From Candidatus Bathyarchaeota archaeon (GTDB lineage Archaea; Thermoproteota; Bathyarchaeia; TCS64): a stretch of DNA of 64,000 bases. Of this stretch, positions 19,004 to 28,540 are shown piece by piece; within the stretch, counting starts at the first letter, position 1, and each line of letters starts with the position of its first letter. The notes below the pieces were generated by a model that worked only from the letters and a program-made list of their open reading frames with translations, did no database searches and was not told the DNA's origin. Location: positions 128,001 through 192,000 of the forward strand of contig CAVYLP010000006.1 of the NCBI GenBank assembly GCA_963769425.1, read 5' to 3'. A program made the translations under genes and the position numbers.

Positions 19004-21303
19004 CGAAGCTGATCAAGACGAGAATCGAGTTCGAGGGGACAACGCATGAGGAGCTCTCCCTGGTGGAGGGGGAGGAGCCGAGGGTCTGGGGGGCGGACGC
19101 CGAGCTCAGGATCGTCGGGAGGAGCGTCGCGAAGATCGACGGTGCAGAGCGCGTAACGGGGCGGGCTCGCTACACTGCGGACATTCAGCTACCAGGGATA
19201 CTGCACGCGCGAGCACTCCGCTCGCCCCTCCCGCACGCCCGGGTTAAGCGCATCAACACATTCAAGGCCGAGGCACTACCCGGCGTCCGCGCTGTTCTGA
19301 CACATGAGAACGCGCCGAGGCTGAGGTGGCTGAACGGCACCGAGATCCTCGACGGCGTAGCGAGGTTCGCGGGGGAGGAGGTGGCTGTCGTCGCCGCGGA
19401 CGACGAGGAGACTGCCGAGGAGGCGCTTGGCCTCATGGATGTGGAGTTCGAGGCGCTGCCATTCGTCGTCGACTCGGAGGGGGCTGGGAAGGAGGCGGCG
19501 CCGAAGATACACGGTGGGAGCAACCTGCTCGGCGGGGAGCCGAGGGTCTACCAGCGCGGGGACACGAAACGTGGCCTCGGGGATGCTTACGCCGTCGTCG
19601 AGGGGACCTTCACGACGCAGACGGCGGTGCACAACTGCATGGAGACTCATGGCGCCGTAGCTCAGTGGGAGGGAGACCGCCTCACAGTCTGGGAGTCAAC
19701 GCAGTCCATAGCGAACACGCGCGAGCATCTAGCCGCGGCCTTCAACCTCCCCCTCGACAAGGTGAGGGTCATCTGCAACTATATGGGCGGCGGATTCGGG
19801 AGTAAGCAGAGGGCGGGGAAGCACACCCTCCTCGCCGCCGTGCTCGCAAAGCAGACGCACCGACCCGTGAGGATGGTGCTTTCGAGGAAGGAGGACAGCC
19901 TAATGACGGGGAACAGGCAGGCAACCGTCCAGCACCTGAGGATCGGCGCGAAGCGCGACGGGACACTCACCGCGATAGAGATGGTGTCCAGTGGGGAGAT
20001 GGGCGCCTACGGAGCCTACGCGATGCCCATCGAGGGCCCCGCCCAGACCCTCTATGCGTGCCCCAATGTGAGGACTGAACATAGTCCCTACTTCACAAAC
20101 ATGGGGATGGCAACCGCCTTCAGGGGTCCCGGCTACGTCGAGGGCAGTTTTGCCCTAGAGTCGCTCATGGATGAGCTCGCTGACAAGCTGGGGATTAACC
20201 CGCTCGAGTTTAGGCTCAAAAACTACGCAAAGGCCGACCCGAGGAGCGGGCTGGCTTTCTCCCAGAAGAACCTCGATGAGTGCTATAGGAAGGGGGCGGA
20301 GATGATTGGCTGGGAGAAGGGATGGAAGGGATGCAGGACGGCCTCGAAGTGCAGAGCGATGGGCGTCGCTAGCCAGATCTGGGGAGGAGGCGGAGGACCG
20401 CCCGCTTACTCCTGGGTGAAAATGAACCCCGATGCCAGCTGGGAGGTTATAATAGGTGGGCAGGACATCGGCTCCGGGACGAAGACGGTCTTCGCCCAGA
20501 TAGCGGCTGAGGAGTTGGGGATTAGTCTGGAGAGCGTCTCCGTGAGGATGGGTGACACCGACGCGAGCCCCTACGCCCCCGTCAGCTCGGGGAGCCGCAC
20601 AACTCCGTCCGTGGGCCCAGCGGTCCGCCAGGCCGCGGCAGACGCAAAGAAGCAGCTCATCGAAGTCGCCGCGGGGTACATCGAGGTGCCCCCCGAGCAG
20701 GTCAGGTTCCAAGACGGCGCTTTCTACGTCGGGAAGGATAAGGAGCCCCGCTTAAAGATCGAGGACCTCACCGACGCCCTGGACGAGCTTACCATCCTCG
20801 GGAGAGGGATCAGGGGGCCGAACCCCTCTAGCAAGGAGCTACTCACCTTCGGAGCGCAGTTCGCCGAGGTTGAGGTCGACATAACCAACGGTGACGTTGA
20901 CGTCATCAGGGTGGCGACAGTGCTCGACTTCGGGAGGGTGATGAACCCCCTCGGCGCGGGCAGCCAACTTGAGGGCGGTGTAGCACAAGGTATCGGCTTC
21001 ACCCTGAGCGAGGAGCGGGTCGTGGACAGGCGGGACGGGGTCGTCTTAAACCCGAACATGGAGGACTATCTCATCCCCACGGCGATGGACATGCCTCAGT
21101 TGGAGTACTCGTTCGTGGACAAGCCTGATGAGGTGGCCAACAACATTGGCGCGAAGGGGCTCGGCGAGCCACCTATGATACCCACCGCACCGGCGATCGC
21201 GAATGCCATTGCACGCGCCACAGGGATCAGGATTCGATCAACACCCCTCACTAGGACGAAGATACTCGAAGCGCTCACGGCGACAAAGGAGGCAGCGAAA
21301 TGA
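19000..21303 (+). CDS. Xanthine dehydrogenase family molybdopterin-binding subunit
   Basis: GGGFGSK, AFRGPG, QDIGSG, SSGSRT, AKGLGEPP; ATGA overlap with the upstream gene. Confidence 0.92.
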   Translation: MTKLIKTRIEFEGTTHEELSLVEGEEPRVWGADAELRIVGRSVAKIDGAERVTGRARYTADIQLPGILHARALRSPLPHARVKRINTFKAEALPGVRAVLTHENAPRLRWLNGTEILDGVARFAGEEVAVVAADDEETAEEALGLMDVEFEALPFVVDSEGAGKEAAPKIHGGSNLLGGEPRVYQRGDTKRGLGDAYAVVEGTFTTQTAVHNCMETHGAVAQWEGDRLTVWESTQSIANTREHLAAAFNLPLDKVRVICNYMGGGFGSKQRAGKHTLLAAVLAKQTHRPVRMVLSRKEDSLMTGNRQATVQHLRIGAKRDGTLTAIEMVSSGEMGAYGAYAMPIEGPAQTLYACPNVRTEHSPYFTNMGMATAFRGPGYVEGSFALESLMDELADKLGINPLEFRLKNYAKADPRSGLAFSQKNLDECYRKGAEMIGWEKGWKGCRTASKCRAMGVASQIWGGGGGPPAYSWVKMNPDASWEVIIGGQDIGSGTKTVFAQIAAEELGISLESVSVRMGDTDASPYAPVSSGSRTTPSVGPAVRQAAADAKKQLIEVAAGYIEVPPEQVRFQDGAFYVGKDKEPRLKIEDLTDALDELTILGRGIRGPNPSSKELLTFGAQFAEVEVDITNGDVDVIRVATVLDFGRVMNPLGAGSQLEGGVAQGIGFTLSEERVVDRRDGVVLNPNMEDYLIPTAMDMPQLEYSFVDKPDEVANNIGAKGLGEPPMIPTAPAIANAIARATGIRIRSTPLTRTKILEALTATKEAAK

Positions 21304-22280
21304 GGAGATTCACACACGTCGACGCCACAACAATCGAAGAAGCACAGAAATTATTGGGAGAAACAGAGACCCGAGCGTTAGCTGGTGGGTCGAACATCAT
21401 TCCCCTCATGAAGCTGGGGATAGCGAAGCCGGATAGGCTCGTGAACATAAAGCCAATCCCGAAGATGGATGGCATCAGCTTCACGGAGAAGGAGGGGCTC
21501 AGGATAGGCGCCCTCGCGACCATCGACTCCATAGCCAACAACAAGATGGTAAAGGAAAAATACCCCCTCCTCTCCGAGGCGGCCTCATCCATAGCCTCCC
21601 CCCAAATAAGGAACGTTGCCACCCTCGGGGGGAACCTAACACAGGAGCCGAGGTGCTGGTACTATAGGGGACCCCAGCCCTGCTGGCTCAAGGGTGGGAG
21701 GATGTGCTATGCTGCGGCGGGTGAGAACGAGCACCACGCCATACTCGGCGCCGGCACCTGCAACAGCGTCCAGCCATCCGACTCAGCCCCGGCTCTGGTT
21801 GCGCTGGGAGCCACAGCCAACGTAGCGGGTATCAGTGGAGAGCGAAGCATCCCAGTGGATGAGCTATTCCAGAAGCCCGTGGAGGGCTCCAAGAGGCTCT
21901 CAGCCCTCAAGCCGGGAGAGCTCATCACGAGGGTCATAGTACCGCCGCCGAAGGCCGGTGGCACAGGGACCTACATCAAAAAGATGAACAGGCGTGTCTG
22001 GACGTTCGCTTCAGTAAGCATCGCAGCACAACTTACCATGAAAGACGGCACTGTGGAGGATGCGCGCCTCATCCTCGGCGGCGTCAGCTCGATCCCCTGG
22101 CAGCTGAGCCCGTCTGAGGCCGCCCTTAGAGGGCACCCCCTAGACGAGGGGACCATTGAGAAGGCCGCCGAAGCTTCGACCCAGGGAGCCCGCCCCTTGA
22201 AGCACAACGGTTACAAAGTCCCCTTAGCGAGGGCGGTGGTGACCGAGGCGCTCACAAAGTTACGCTCCAGGGCCGCCTGA
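21300..22280 (+). CDS. Xanthine dehydrogenase family FAD subunit with [4Fe-4S] insertion (PaoB/HcrB-like)
   Basis: LAGGS, ASPQIRNVATLGGN, and a four-Cys insert RCWYYR..C..C..C. Confidence 0.9.
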   Translation: MRRFTHVDATTIEEAQKLLGETETRALAGGSNIIPLMKLGIAKPDRLVNIKPIPKMDGISFTEKEGLRIGALATIDSIANNKMVKEKYPLLSEAASSIASPQIRNVATLGGNLTQEPRCWYYRGPQPCWLKGGRMCYAAAGENEHHAILGAGTCNSVQPSDSAPALVALGATANVAGISGERSIPVDELFQKPVEGSKRLSALKPGELITRVIVPPPKAGGTGTYIKKMNRRVWTFASVSIAAQLTMKDGTVEDARLILGGVSSIPWQLSPSEAALRGHPLDEGTIEKAAEASTQGARPLKHNGYKVPLARAVVTEALTKLRSRAA

Positions 22281-22374
22281 CAACCCCTTTTAGGAGGCGT
22301 TACATCCCGTTGCGCATGCGTATAACCATCGACGGCCCACAGCAAACTGCCTTCACTAGACTCGGCGACTCACC

Positions 22375-23577
22375 ATGATGATCAGGGACATCTTCGGCTC
22401 GGCTTGGACAGGGGTAAAGACACGGAAGTTCCGATTCGCCCTAAACCTAATAGGAATCCTCATCGGTTGTGCCGCGGTCACCGGCCTCATCTCCTTAACC
22501 CAGGGCCTAAGCAACAACATCAGCGGGCAGCTTGGCACACTCGGCGCCTCCACAATCACGGTCACGCCAGGCGGCGGTGGCAACGGAATCTTCGGTGGGG
22601 GAGGCGGCACGAGCACCCGGACCCTCAGCTACAAGGACGTAAACCAGATCTCCAAGCTCCCGAACGTCTTACAAGTCGGCCCTACCGACTCGGGGGGAGC
22701 GGCCACGTACTCCGTCGCTGGGAAGATGTACAGCCAGTCGGTCACCGGCGTCACAGACATCTACTTTACAATCAACACGGCCGTCGAGGTCGAGTCGGGG
22801 AGGGCTCTGCTGAGGACGGACGGCGCCGACGCGGTGATAGGAGCAAATGTCGCTCAGCCGGCAGACGCCACGAAGCCCATCATAGCTGTAGGTGACAGGA
22901 TCAAGATCACAGCGACGGTGAACAGCGTGAGCAAGGAGATGACCCTCAGGGTTGTTGGCATACTCAAGAAGACAGGAGGTAGCTTCGGTTCAAGCGATAG
23001 CGTGATACTCATACCTCTGGCCACCTTCGACCAGTTCTACGAGAGAGCCGGGAAATACAGCGCCATACAGGTGCTAGCGACCAGTCCCGACTTCGTAGAC
23101 ACAGTCTCAACCGAGATCCAGAACAACCTGACCGACATCCGGGTGATCACGGCGGCGGCTGCGCAGGCGGTCGTAACGAGCATCACTGGGACGATTCAGG
23201 CCGTCCTCGGGGGGATAGCGGCGATCTCACTCGTCGTCGCAGGTGTCGGCATCATAAACACGATGACCATCAGCGTCATGGAGCGGACCCGCGAGATCGG
23301 CATACTCAAGGCGCTTGGGGCTAAGGGGCGCGACGTGCTCGTCCTCTTCCTAAGCGAGGCCGTCCTCACGGGGATCGTCGGTGGCATCATAGGCGCCGCC
23401 CTCGGCTTCGTCGTAAGCACTGTTGCGGGGAGCATCATCGGCCTCCCACCGGAGATAAATATCTACCTAGGCCTCATAGTCGTCGGATTCGCGGTCGCGA
23501 CCTGTGTCCTCTCCGGCCTCTACCCAGCGTGGCGCGCCTCGAGGATGAATCCAGTCGAGGCCCTTAGGTATGAGTAA
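22375..23577 (+). CDS. ABC transporter permease, MacB/FtsX family
   Basis: GIINTMTISVMERTREIGILKALGA; YPAWRASRMNPVEALRYE. Confidence 0.92.
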   Translation: MMIRDIFGSAWTGVKTRKFRFALNLIGILIGCAAVTGLISLTQGLSNNISGQLGTLGASTITVTPGGGGNGIFGGGGGTSTRTLSYKDVNQISKLPNVLQVGPTDSGGAATYSVAGKMYSQSVTGVTDIYFTINTAVEVESGRALLRTDGADAVIGANVAQPADATKPIIAVGDRIKITATVNSVSKEMTLRVVGILKKTGGSFGSSDSVILIPLATFDQFYERAGKYSAIQVLATSPDFVDTVSTEIQNNLTDIRVITAAAAQAVVTSITGTIQAVLGGIAAISLVVAGVGIINTMTISVMERTREIGILKALGAKGRDVLVLFLSEAVLTGIVGGIIGAALGFVVSTVAGSIIGLPPEINIYLGLIVVGFAVATCVLSGLYPAWRASRMNPVEALRYE

Positions 23578-23583
23578 ACGGGC

Positions 23584-24399
23584 TTACTTTGAGACCCTGA
23601 GGTAGACGTACCAGTAGGCAGCCGCGACGAAGAGGCCGCCACCGATGAGGTTCCCGATCGTCACGGGGATGAGGTTACTAAGGAACCCGGAGAGGTTGAG
23701 GCTGCTCAGGTCGAATCCTGATGCGGCCGCTGCGGCCGGGTTTCCGCCCACTAGGATACCGAAGGGTATCATGAACATGTTCGCGACGCTGTGTTCGAAG
23801 CCCATCGCGACGAAGGCGGCCACGGGCATCATGCAGGCGAGTATCTTCCCGGCGGTGGATTCGGTCGAACCCGATATCCAGATGGCGAGACAGACGAGCC
23901 AGTTACAGAGGATACCCCTTATGAGGGCCTCGCTGAACCCGAGGCCGACCTTCATAGTCGATATGTCGAGGGCGCGCATGGACACTGCCGAGCCATAGAT
24001 AGCGTAGCTCCCGCTGGCGAAGATCAGCCCAGCGAGAGCGACGGCTCCGACTAAGTTACCCAAGTATACGATTACCCAGTTCTTGAGGACGGCACCCAGT
24101 TTCGCCCTCCCGGATAGGCACGCCATTGTGAGCAGACCGTTCCCCGTGAATAACTCACCCCCAGCGAGGACGATCAGCACGAGGGCGGTCGAGAAGGCAA
24201 GCCCACCCACGTACATGGCGAGGCCGTTACCGAGGTACCGAGCTGCATCGCTGGTCACCACGATGTAGAGGAAGCCGCCGAAACCCACGTACACGCCGGC
24301 TAGCATCGCTAAGACGAAGATCTTCCTCAGAGGCGTGTTCACCTTGCCGCTGTAGTATGAGCATAGTTGCTCAGCTATCTCACTCGGCTTCCGCGACAT
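23584..24399 (-). CDS. Formate/nitrite transporter (FocA/FdhC family)
   Basis: GGELFTGN, CNWLVCLA, GFEHSVANM, GNLIGG. Confidence 0.93.
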   Translation of the reverse strand: MSRKPSEIAEQLCSYYSGKVNTPLRKIFVLAMLAGVYVGFGGFLYIVVTSDAARYLGNGLAMYVGGLAFSTALVLIVLAGGELFTGNGLLTMACLSGRAKLGAVLKNWVIVYLGNLVGAVALAGLIFASGSYAIYGSAVSMRALDISTMKVGLGFSEALIRGILCNWLVCLAIWISGSTESTAGKILACMMPVAAFVAMGFEHSVANMFMIPFGILVGGNPAAAAASGFDLSSLNLSGFLSNLIPVTIGNLIGGGLFVAAAYWYVYLRVSK

Positions 24400-24475
24400 C
24401 CATTGTTCCTATGCGGTTTGGGCTAGATTCTAATAAAGAATACCAAAGTGGGATGCGTCGAGAAGCCTCAAGGGC

Positions 24476-25036
24476 TTAACGAGGAGTCTTATCCTTCACG
24501 ACTATCGTCTGAGCAAGGTATGTGAATATCCTCTGGCTCTTCTGCGTCGTGAATATCCAGCCGAGGACAACGTCCAGCAGGATTAGGGCGCCGAAGGCCT
24601 TCCCGAAAGACTCGATGGCGGCCTGCCCTAGGGTGATGTGCCCCTCGTTGAGGTTCGTGACCTTGATCTTCATGATCATCTTCCCGATGCTGGCGCCGTA
24701 GGTGTAGTCCATCCAGATGAAGTAGATGAAGAAGGCGACCTCCCGGAGGCCGTAGCTCGTGAATGGCGTGTACCGGAAGTACGGCATACCCCCGGTGAAG
24801 CTGAGCGTCGGTAGGGCGATGACGAAAGTCAGAATTCCGAATACAATGCCGAAGATGATGGAGTCGATGATGAACGCGATTATCCTCTCTCCCCAGCCGG
24901 CGAGGTCTATCACCTTTGCCGCCTCCATCGCGGGGGCGGGCGCAGCGGCCGAGGGTTGAGGGGCTGGCGTGCCGCACTGCTGGCAGAAGGCCGAGCCCTC
25001 CTTGAGCTCGGCTCCGCACTTCTCACAGTTTACCAT
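24476..25036 (-). CDS. Zinc-ribbon + RDD family membrane protein
   Basis: CEKCG..FCQQCG; ERIIAFIID; ASIGK. Confidence 0.8.
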   Translation of the reverse strand: MVNCEKCGAELKEGSAFCQQCGTPAPQPSAAAPAPAMEAAKVIDLAGWGERIIAFIIDSIIFGIVFGILTFVIALPTLSFTGGMPYFRYTPFTSYGLREVAFFIYFIWMDYTYGASIGKMIMKIKVTNLNEGHITLGQAAIESFGKAFGALILLDVVLGWIFTTQKSQRIFTYLAQTIVVKDKTPR

Positions 25037-25094
25037 GCTTCAGTCTCCTTGACTCACTGAAAAGTAGGGCAATTAATAACACTACCTGAGCCGG

Positions 25095-25601
25095 TCAGAA
25101 TGCGACCTCGGCTGACTTCTTCCCCGTCAGCTCCTCGAGGACTATCCTACCGACGGCTGTCTTTGCAAGGTTCGCGGCCACATTGGGGCCCTCGAGGCGC
25201 TTGAGTAGTTCGCCTGGCTTCTTCTTCTCCTGGGTGTGTATCATGTGTGCGAGTACCTTCTTCTTCTCCTCGACATCCTCGACGAACTCGACGCGTCCTT
25301 TGAAGACGGCGGAGACGTAGAGGTGGCTGCACTGCTCGGCGTAGTAGCCATGGTCGATGACGGCTATCCCCGAGACGGCGGGGTTGGCCCTCATGAAGTC
25401 GAGCTTCTTGCCCTCGGCGGCGCAGTGGAAGTAGAGGCAGTTGGCCGCCTCGTCGTAGCTGTGGCTGAGGGCCACCGCGTAGGGCTCCCCGTCTCTGGAG
25501 AGGGCGAGGGTCACGTATGTGGTCTCCTTTAGGATCTTGGCCAGCTTGGCCTTGTCCTTGATCTCCTTGTCGCCGCGGCGCATGTGGTATGTCTTTGCCA
25601 T
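25095..25601 (-). CDS. Pyridoxamine 5'-phosphate oxidase-like flavin-binding protein (NimA-like)
   Basis: MRRGDKEI, PYAVAL, LYFHCAAEGKK, LTGK; GAGGTGA SD upstream. Confidence 0.85.
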   Translation of the reverse strand: MAKTYHMRRGDKEIKDKAKLAKILKETTYVTLALSRDGEPYAVALSHSYDEAANCLYFHCAAEGKKLDFMRANPAVSGIAVIDHGYYAEQCSHLYVSAVFKGRVEFVEDVEEKKKVLAHMIHTQEKKKPGELLKRLEGPNVAANLAKTAVGRIVLEELTGKKSAEVAF

Positions 25602-25643
25602 GGGTTATGCTCCGTCACCTCGCTAATAACGGTTGGCGGGGGG

Positions 25644-27662
25644 CTAAGCCTTCTCGACTCGCACGGCGCATGCCTTGAACTCGGGTATCTTGGACTCGGC
25701 GTCGACGGCGTTGTTTGTGAGGATGTTCGCGGAGGCCTCGGCGAAGTGGAAGGGTATGAAGACGACTCCCTCCTTGATGCCATCAGTCACCCGAGCCCGG
25801 AGGGTTATCTCACCCCTCCGGCTCGCGACCCTCACGAGGTCATTGTAGTGGACACCAAGCCTCTCGGCGTCGGCCTCGTTGATCTCGATGAAGGCCTCGT
25901 TTATCTGGTCGGTGAGGGTTGGGCTCCGCCGCGTCATGGTCCCGGTGTGCCAGTGGAAGAGGACGCGCCCCGTGGTGAGGATCAGAGGATACTTCTCGTC
26001 CGTCTCCTCTGCGGGGGGCCTGTGCTCGACGACGTGGAACCTGCCGAGTCCCCTGCTGAACTTTTCCGTGTGGAGTATGGGGGTGCCGGAGTGGTCGGAG
26101 GAGGGCACGGGCCACCTGAGCCCCGAATCCCCGAGCCTCGCGTGGCTCACGCCCCTGTATATTGGGGTGATAGCGGCGATCTCGTCCATCACCTCCGAGG
26201 GGTGCCTGTACCCCATCTGGTAGCCGAGTCGGGTCGATAGCTGGCTGAGTATCCACCAGTCTGGCCTAGCGTCGCCGATGGGTTCAACCGCTTTATGGGA
26301 TAGCTGGATTCGGCGGTCCGTGGCGGTAAATGTGCCGTCCTTCTCCGCGTAGCTCCCCGCGGGGAGGACGACGTCAGCGACGCGCGCCGTCTCGCTCATG
26401 AACAGCTCGGAGACGACTAGGAAGTCGAGCTTCTTTAGCTGCTCCTCGACGTGGTGGGTGTCGGGGTCGCTCATTAGGGGGTTCTCCCCCATGACGTACA
26501 TCACTTTGACCTTCTCGCCGGCGCCGTTGATCTTCTCGGTGAGGGTTAGGCCGGGCGCCTCGGGAACCTCCGCACCCCATGCCTTGCCCACGCGGCTACG
26601 TGCCTCGGGGTCGGCAACTCTCGCGTACCCAGGGAGCAGATCGGGCAGCGCCCCCACATCGCAGGCACCCTGCACATTGTTTTGGCCGCGGAGCGGGTTC
26701 ACCCCTGTTCCTGGGCGCCCGATGTTCCCCGTGAGCATTGCGAGGTTCGCGGTGCTGAGGACGTTGTTGACGCCGGTTATGTGCTGGGTGATGCCCATGC
26801 TGAAGAGGATCGCCGCCCTCTCGGCGGAGGCGTAGATGCGCGCAGCCTCCCTAATCTTCCCCGCGGGGACGCCGGTTATGCCCTCGGCGTACTCGGGGGT
26901 GTACTTCTTGACGTGTTCCCTGAGGGCCTCGTAGCCCTCGGTGCGCCTCGCTATGAAGTCCTCGTCTTGGAGCCCCTCGGCTATGATTGTGTTCATCATC
27001 GCGTTGAGTAGGGCGATGTCAGTGCCGGGTCTGTGTTCGAGGTGGAGGGTAGCGTACTCGGTTAGGGGGATGGCCCGGGGGTCGGCGACTATGAGTTTCG
27101 CACCATTCTTCACGGCCCTTATGACTCGGCGCGCGAGGAGGGGGTGCTGCTCAGTCGTGTTGGAGCCGATGACGAGGAAGACGTCCGCCTCCTCGAGGTC
27201 CTCCTGGCTGTTTGTCATGGCGCCGCTGCCGAAGGCGCGTGTGAGTCCGGTGACGGTGCTGCTGTGGCAGAGGCGGGCGCAGTGGTCGATGTTGTTCGTC
27301 CCCACGGCGACCCTTGCGAGCTTCTGCATCAGGTAGTTCTCCTCGTTGGTCGCCTTGGCAGAGGCAAGGAAGGCGACTGAGCCGGGGCCGTATCGCTCCT
27401 TGAACTCCCTGATCTTGGAGGCGACGAGGTCTAGGGCCTCCCCCCAGGTGGCCTCCCTGAAGCCCTCGCCGTCCCGGATGAGGGGCTTCGTGAGCCTGTC
27501 GGGGTGGTGGATGAACTCGTGGGCGCTCCACCCCTTTATGCAGAGCTTGCCCTCGCCGGGTCCAGCGTCGTGTGGGAGGACTCCGACGACTCTCCCGTCC
27601 CTAACGTGGAGCCTGAGTAGGCACCCGACGCCGCAGTAGGGGCACACGGCTGTGACGTTCAA
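25644..27662 (-). CDS. fdhA: Formate dehydrogenase alpha subunit (FdhF-type, Cys-ligated Mo/W-bisPGD)
   Basis: CPYCGVGC..C [4Fe-4S]; DHCARLCHS active site (Cys, TGC codon); LRGQNNVQGACD; TTG start overlapping the hdrB TGA. Confidence 0.92.
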   Translation of the reverse strand: MNVTAVCPYCGVGCLLRLHVRDGRVVGVLPHDAGPGEGKLCIKGWSAHEFIHHPDRLTKPLIRDGEGFREATWGEALDLVASKIREFKERYGPGSVAFLASAKATNEENYLMQKLARVAVGTNNIDHCARLCHSSTVTGLTRAFGSGAMTNSQEDLEEADVFLVIGSNTTEQHPLLARRVIRAVKNGAKLIVADPRAIPLTEYATLHLEHRPGTDIALLNAMMNTIIAEGLQDEDFIARRTEGYEALREHVKKYTPEYAEGITGVPAGKIREAARIYASAERAAILFSMGITQHITGVNNVLSTANLAMLTGNIGRPGTGVNPLRGQNNVQGACDVGALPDLLPGYARVADPEARSRVGKAWGAEVPEAPGLTLTEKINGAGEKVKVMYVMGENPLMSDPDTHHVEEQLKKLDFLVVSELFMSETARVADVVLPAGSYAEKDGTFTATDRRIQLSHKAVEPIGDARPDWWILSQLSTRLGYQMGYRHPSEVMDEIAAITPIYRGVSHARLGDSGLRWPVPSSDHSGTPILHTEKFSRGLGRFHVVEHRPPAEETDEKYPLILTTGRVLFHWHTGTMTRRSPTLTDQINEAFIEINEADAERLGVHYNDLVRVASRRGEITLRARVTDGIKEGVVFIPFHFAEASANILTNNAVDAESKIPEFKACAVRVEKA

Positions 27663-28540
27663 GCGGTCAGCCTCCCGAGCTTCTCCTCCAGGGCGGGGTC
27701 CCTCACCCTGTGCTGCTTTACCCCGGCCTCGTCGAGGTTCACCCCCATCGCGAGGGCGAGGAGCTGGAGGTAGTAGAGTGTGGGGACTCGGTAGTCGAGT
27801 TTGAGCTCGCGCGAGGCGAGCATCTGCCCCGTGTCGAACTGGTAGAAGCACTGTGGACAGATGACGGTGGAGCAGTCGGAGGAAGCCGCGTGCATAGCGC
27901 CGAGCTTGACGCCGAGGAGACGATTCGCCGACTCCCGGTCACCGTAGTTTGTCAGCGTCCACCCGCAGCACCCGGTCTTCTTATCCCAGTCTACTGGGGT
28001 GGCGCCGAGCGCCTCAACCATCGAGTCGAGCACCGTTGGGTTAAGTGGATCGTCGAAGCCCATCGCTTCGGGAGGGCTGAGGATGTGGCAGCCGGGGTGG
28101 CACGCGACCCTGAGGCCCGTCAGCGGCTTCTTCACGGCGGACCTGATTCCCCCGATGTCCTGCGACAGTACCTGAGCGTAGTGTCTCACCTCAACTGTTC
28201 CCTTGAACTGGTGCCCGGTCTCAGCGAGGATGTCGTTCACCTTCTCCCTAAGCGCCGCGTCTCGCTTCAGGGTCTGGTTGGCTTGCCTCAGTGTGTAGGT
28301 GCAGCCATTGCAGAGCGTTAGTATGTCGAACCCCGCCTCCTCGGCGAGGCAGATGTTTCTCGCGGCTATAGCGAGCCCCGTGGTCTTGTCAGTGAGGAAC
28401 CCGACGGGCTCGGGGCAGCAGCTGAAGCCGTCGATGTCGGCGAGTTCTACGCCGAGTTTGGGGAGTACCATCCGTGAGACGGCCTCGAGGTGGGGGAGGC
28501 GCACGGGTATGAAGCAGCCGAGGAAGAGGGCGTACCTCAT
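27659..28540 (-). CDS. hdrB: Heterodisulfide reductase subunit B-like (two CCG domains)
   Basis: LFLGC, SCCP, TLCNGC, HPGCH, GCCG, ICPQCFYQFD. Confidence 0.88.
   Translation of the reverse strand: MRYALFLGCFIPVRLPHLEAVSRMVLPKLGVELADIDGFSCCPEPVGFLTDKTTGLAIAARNICLAEEAGFDILTLCNGCTYTLRQANQTLKRDAALREKVNDILAETGHQFKGTVEVRHYAQVLSQDIGGIRSAVKKPLTGLRVACHPGCHILSPPEAMGFDDPLNPTVLDSMVEALGATPVDWDKKTGCCGWTLTNYGDRESANRLLGVKLGAMHAASSDCSTVICPQCFYQFDTGQMLASRELKLDYRVPTLYYLQLLALAMGVNLDEAGVKQHRVRDPALEEKLGRLTA

Noticed and set aside
18515-22280. Aerobic CO dehydrogenase (coxSLM)
   Set aside because: Lacks the AYxCSFR and AYRGAGR loops; has AFRGPG
27255-27295. Selenocysteine in formate dehydrogenase
   Set aside because: The active-site codon is TGC (Cys) in CARLCH and there is no in-frame TGA
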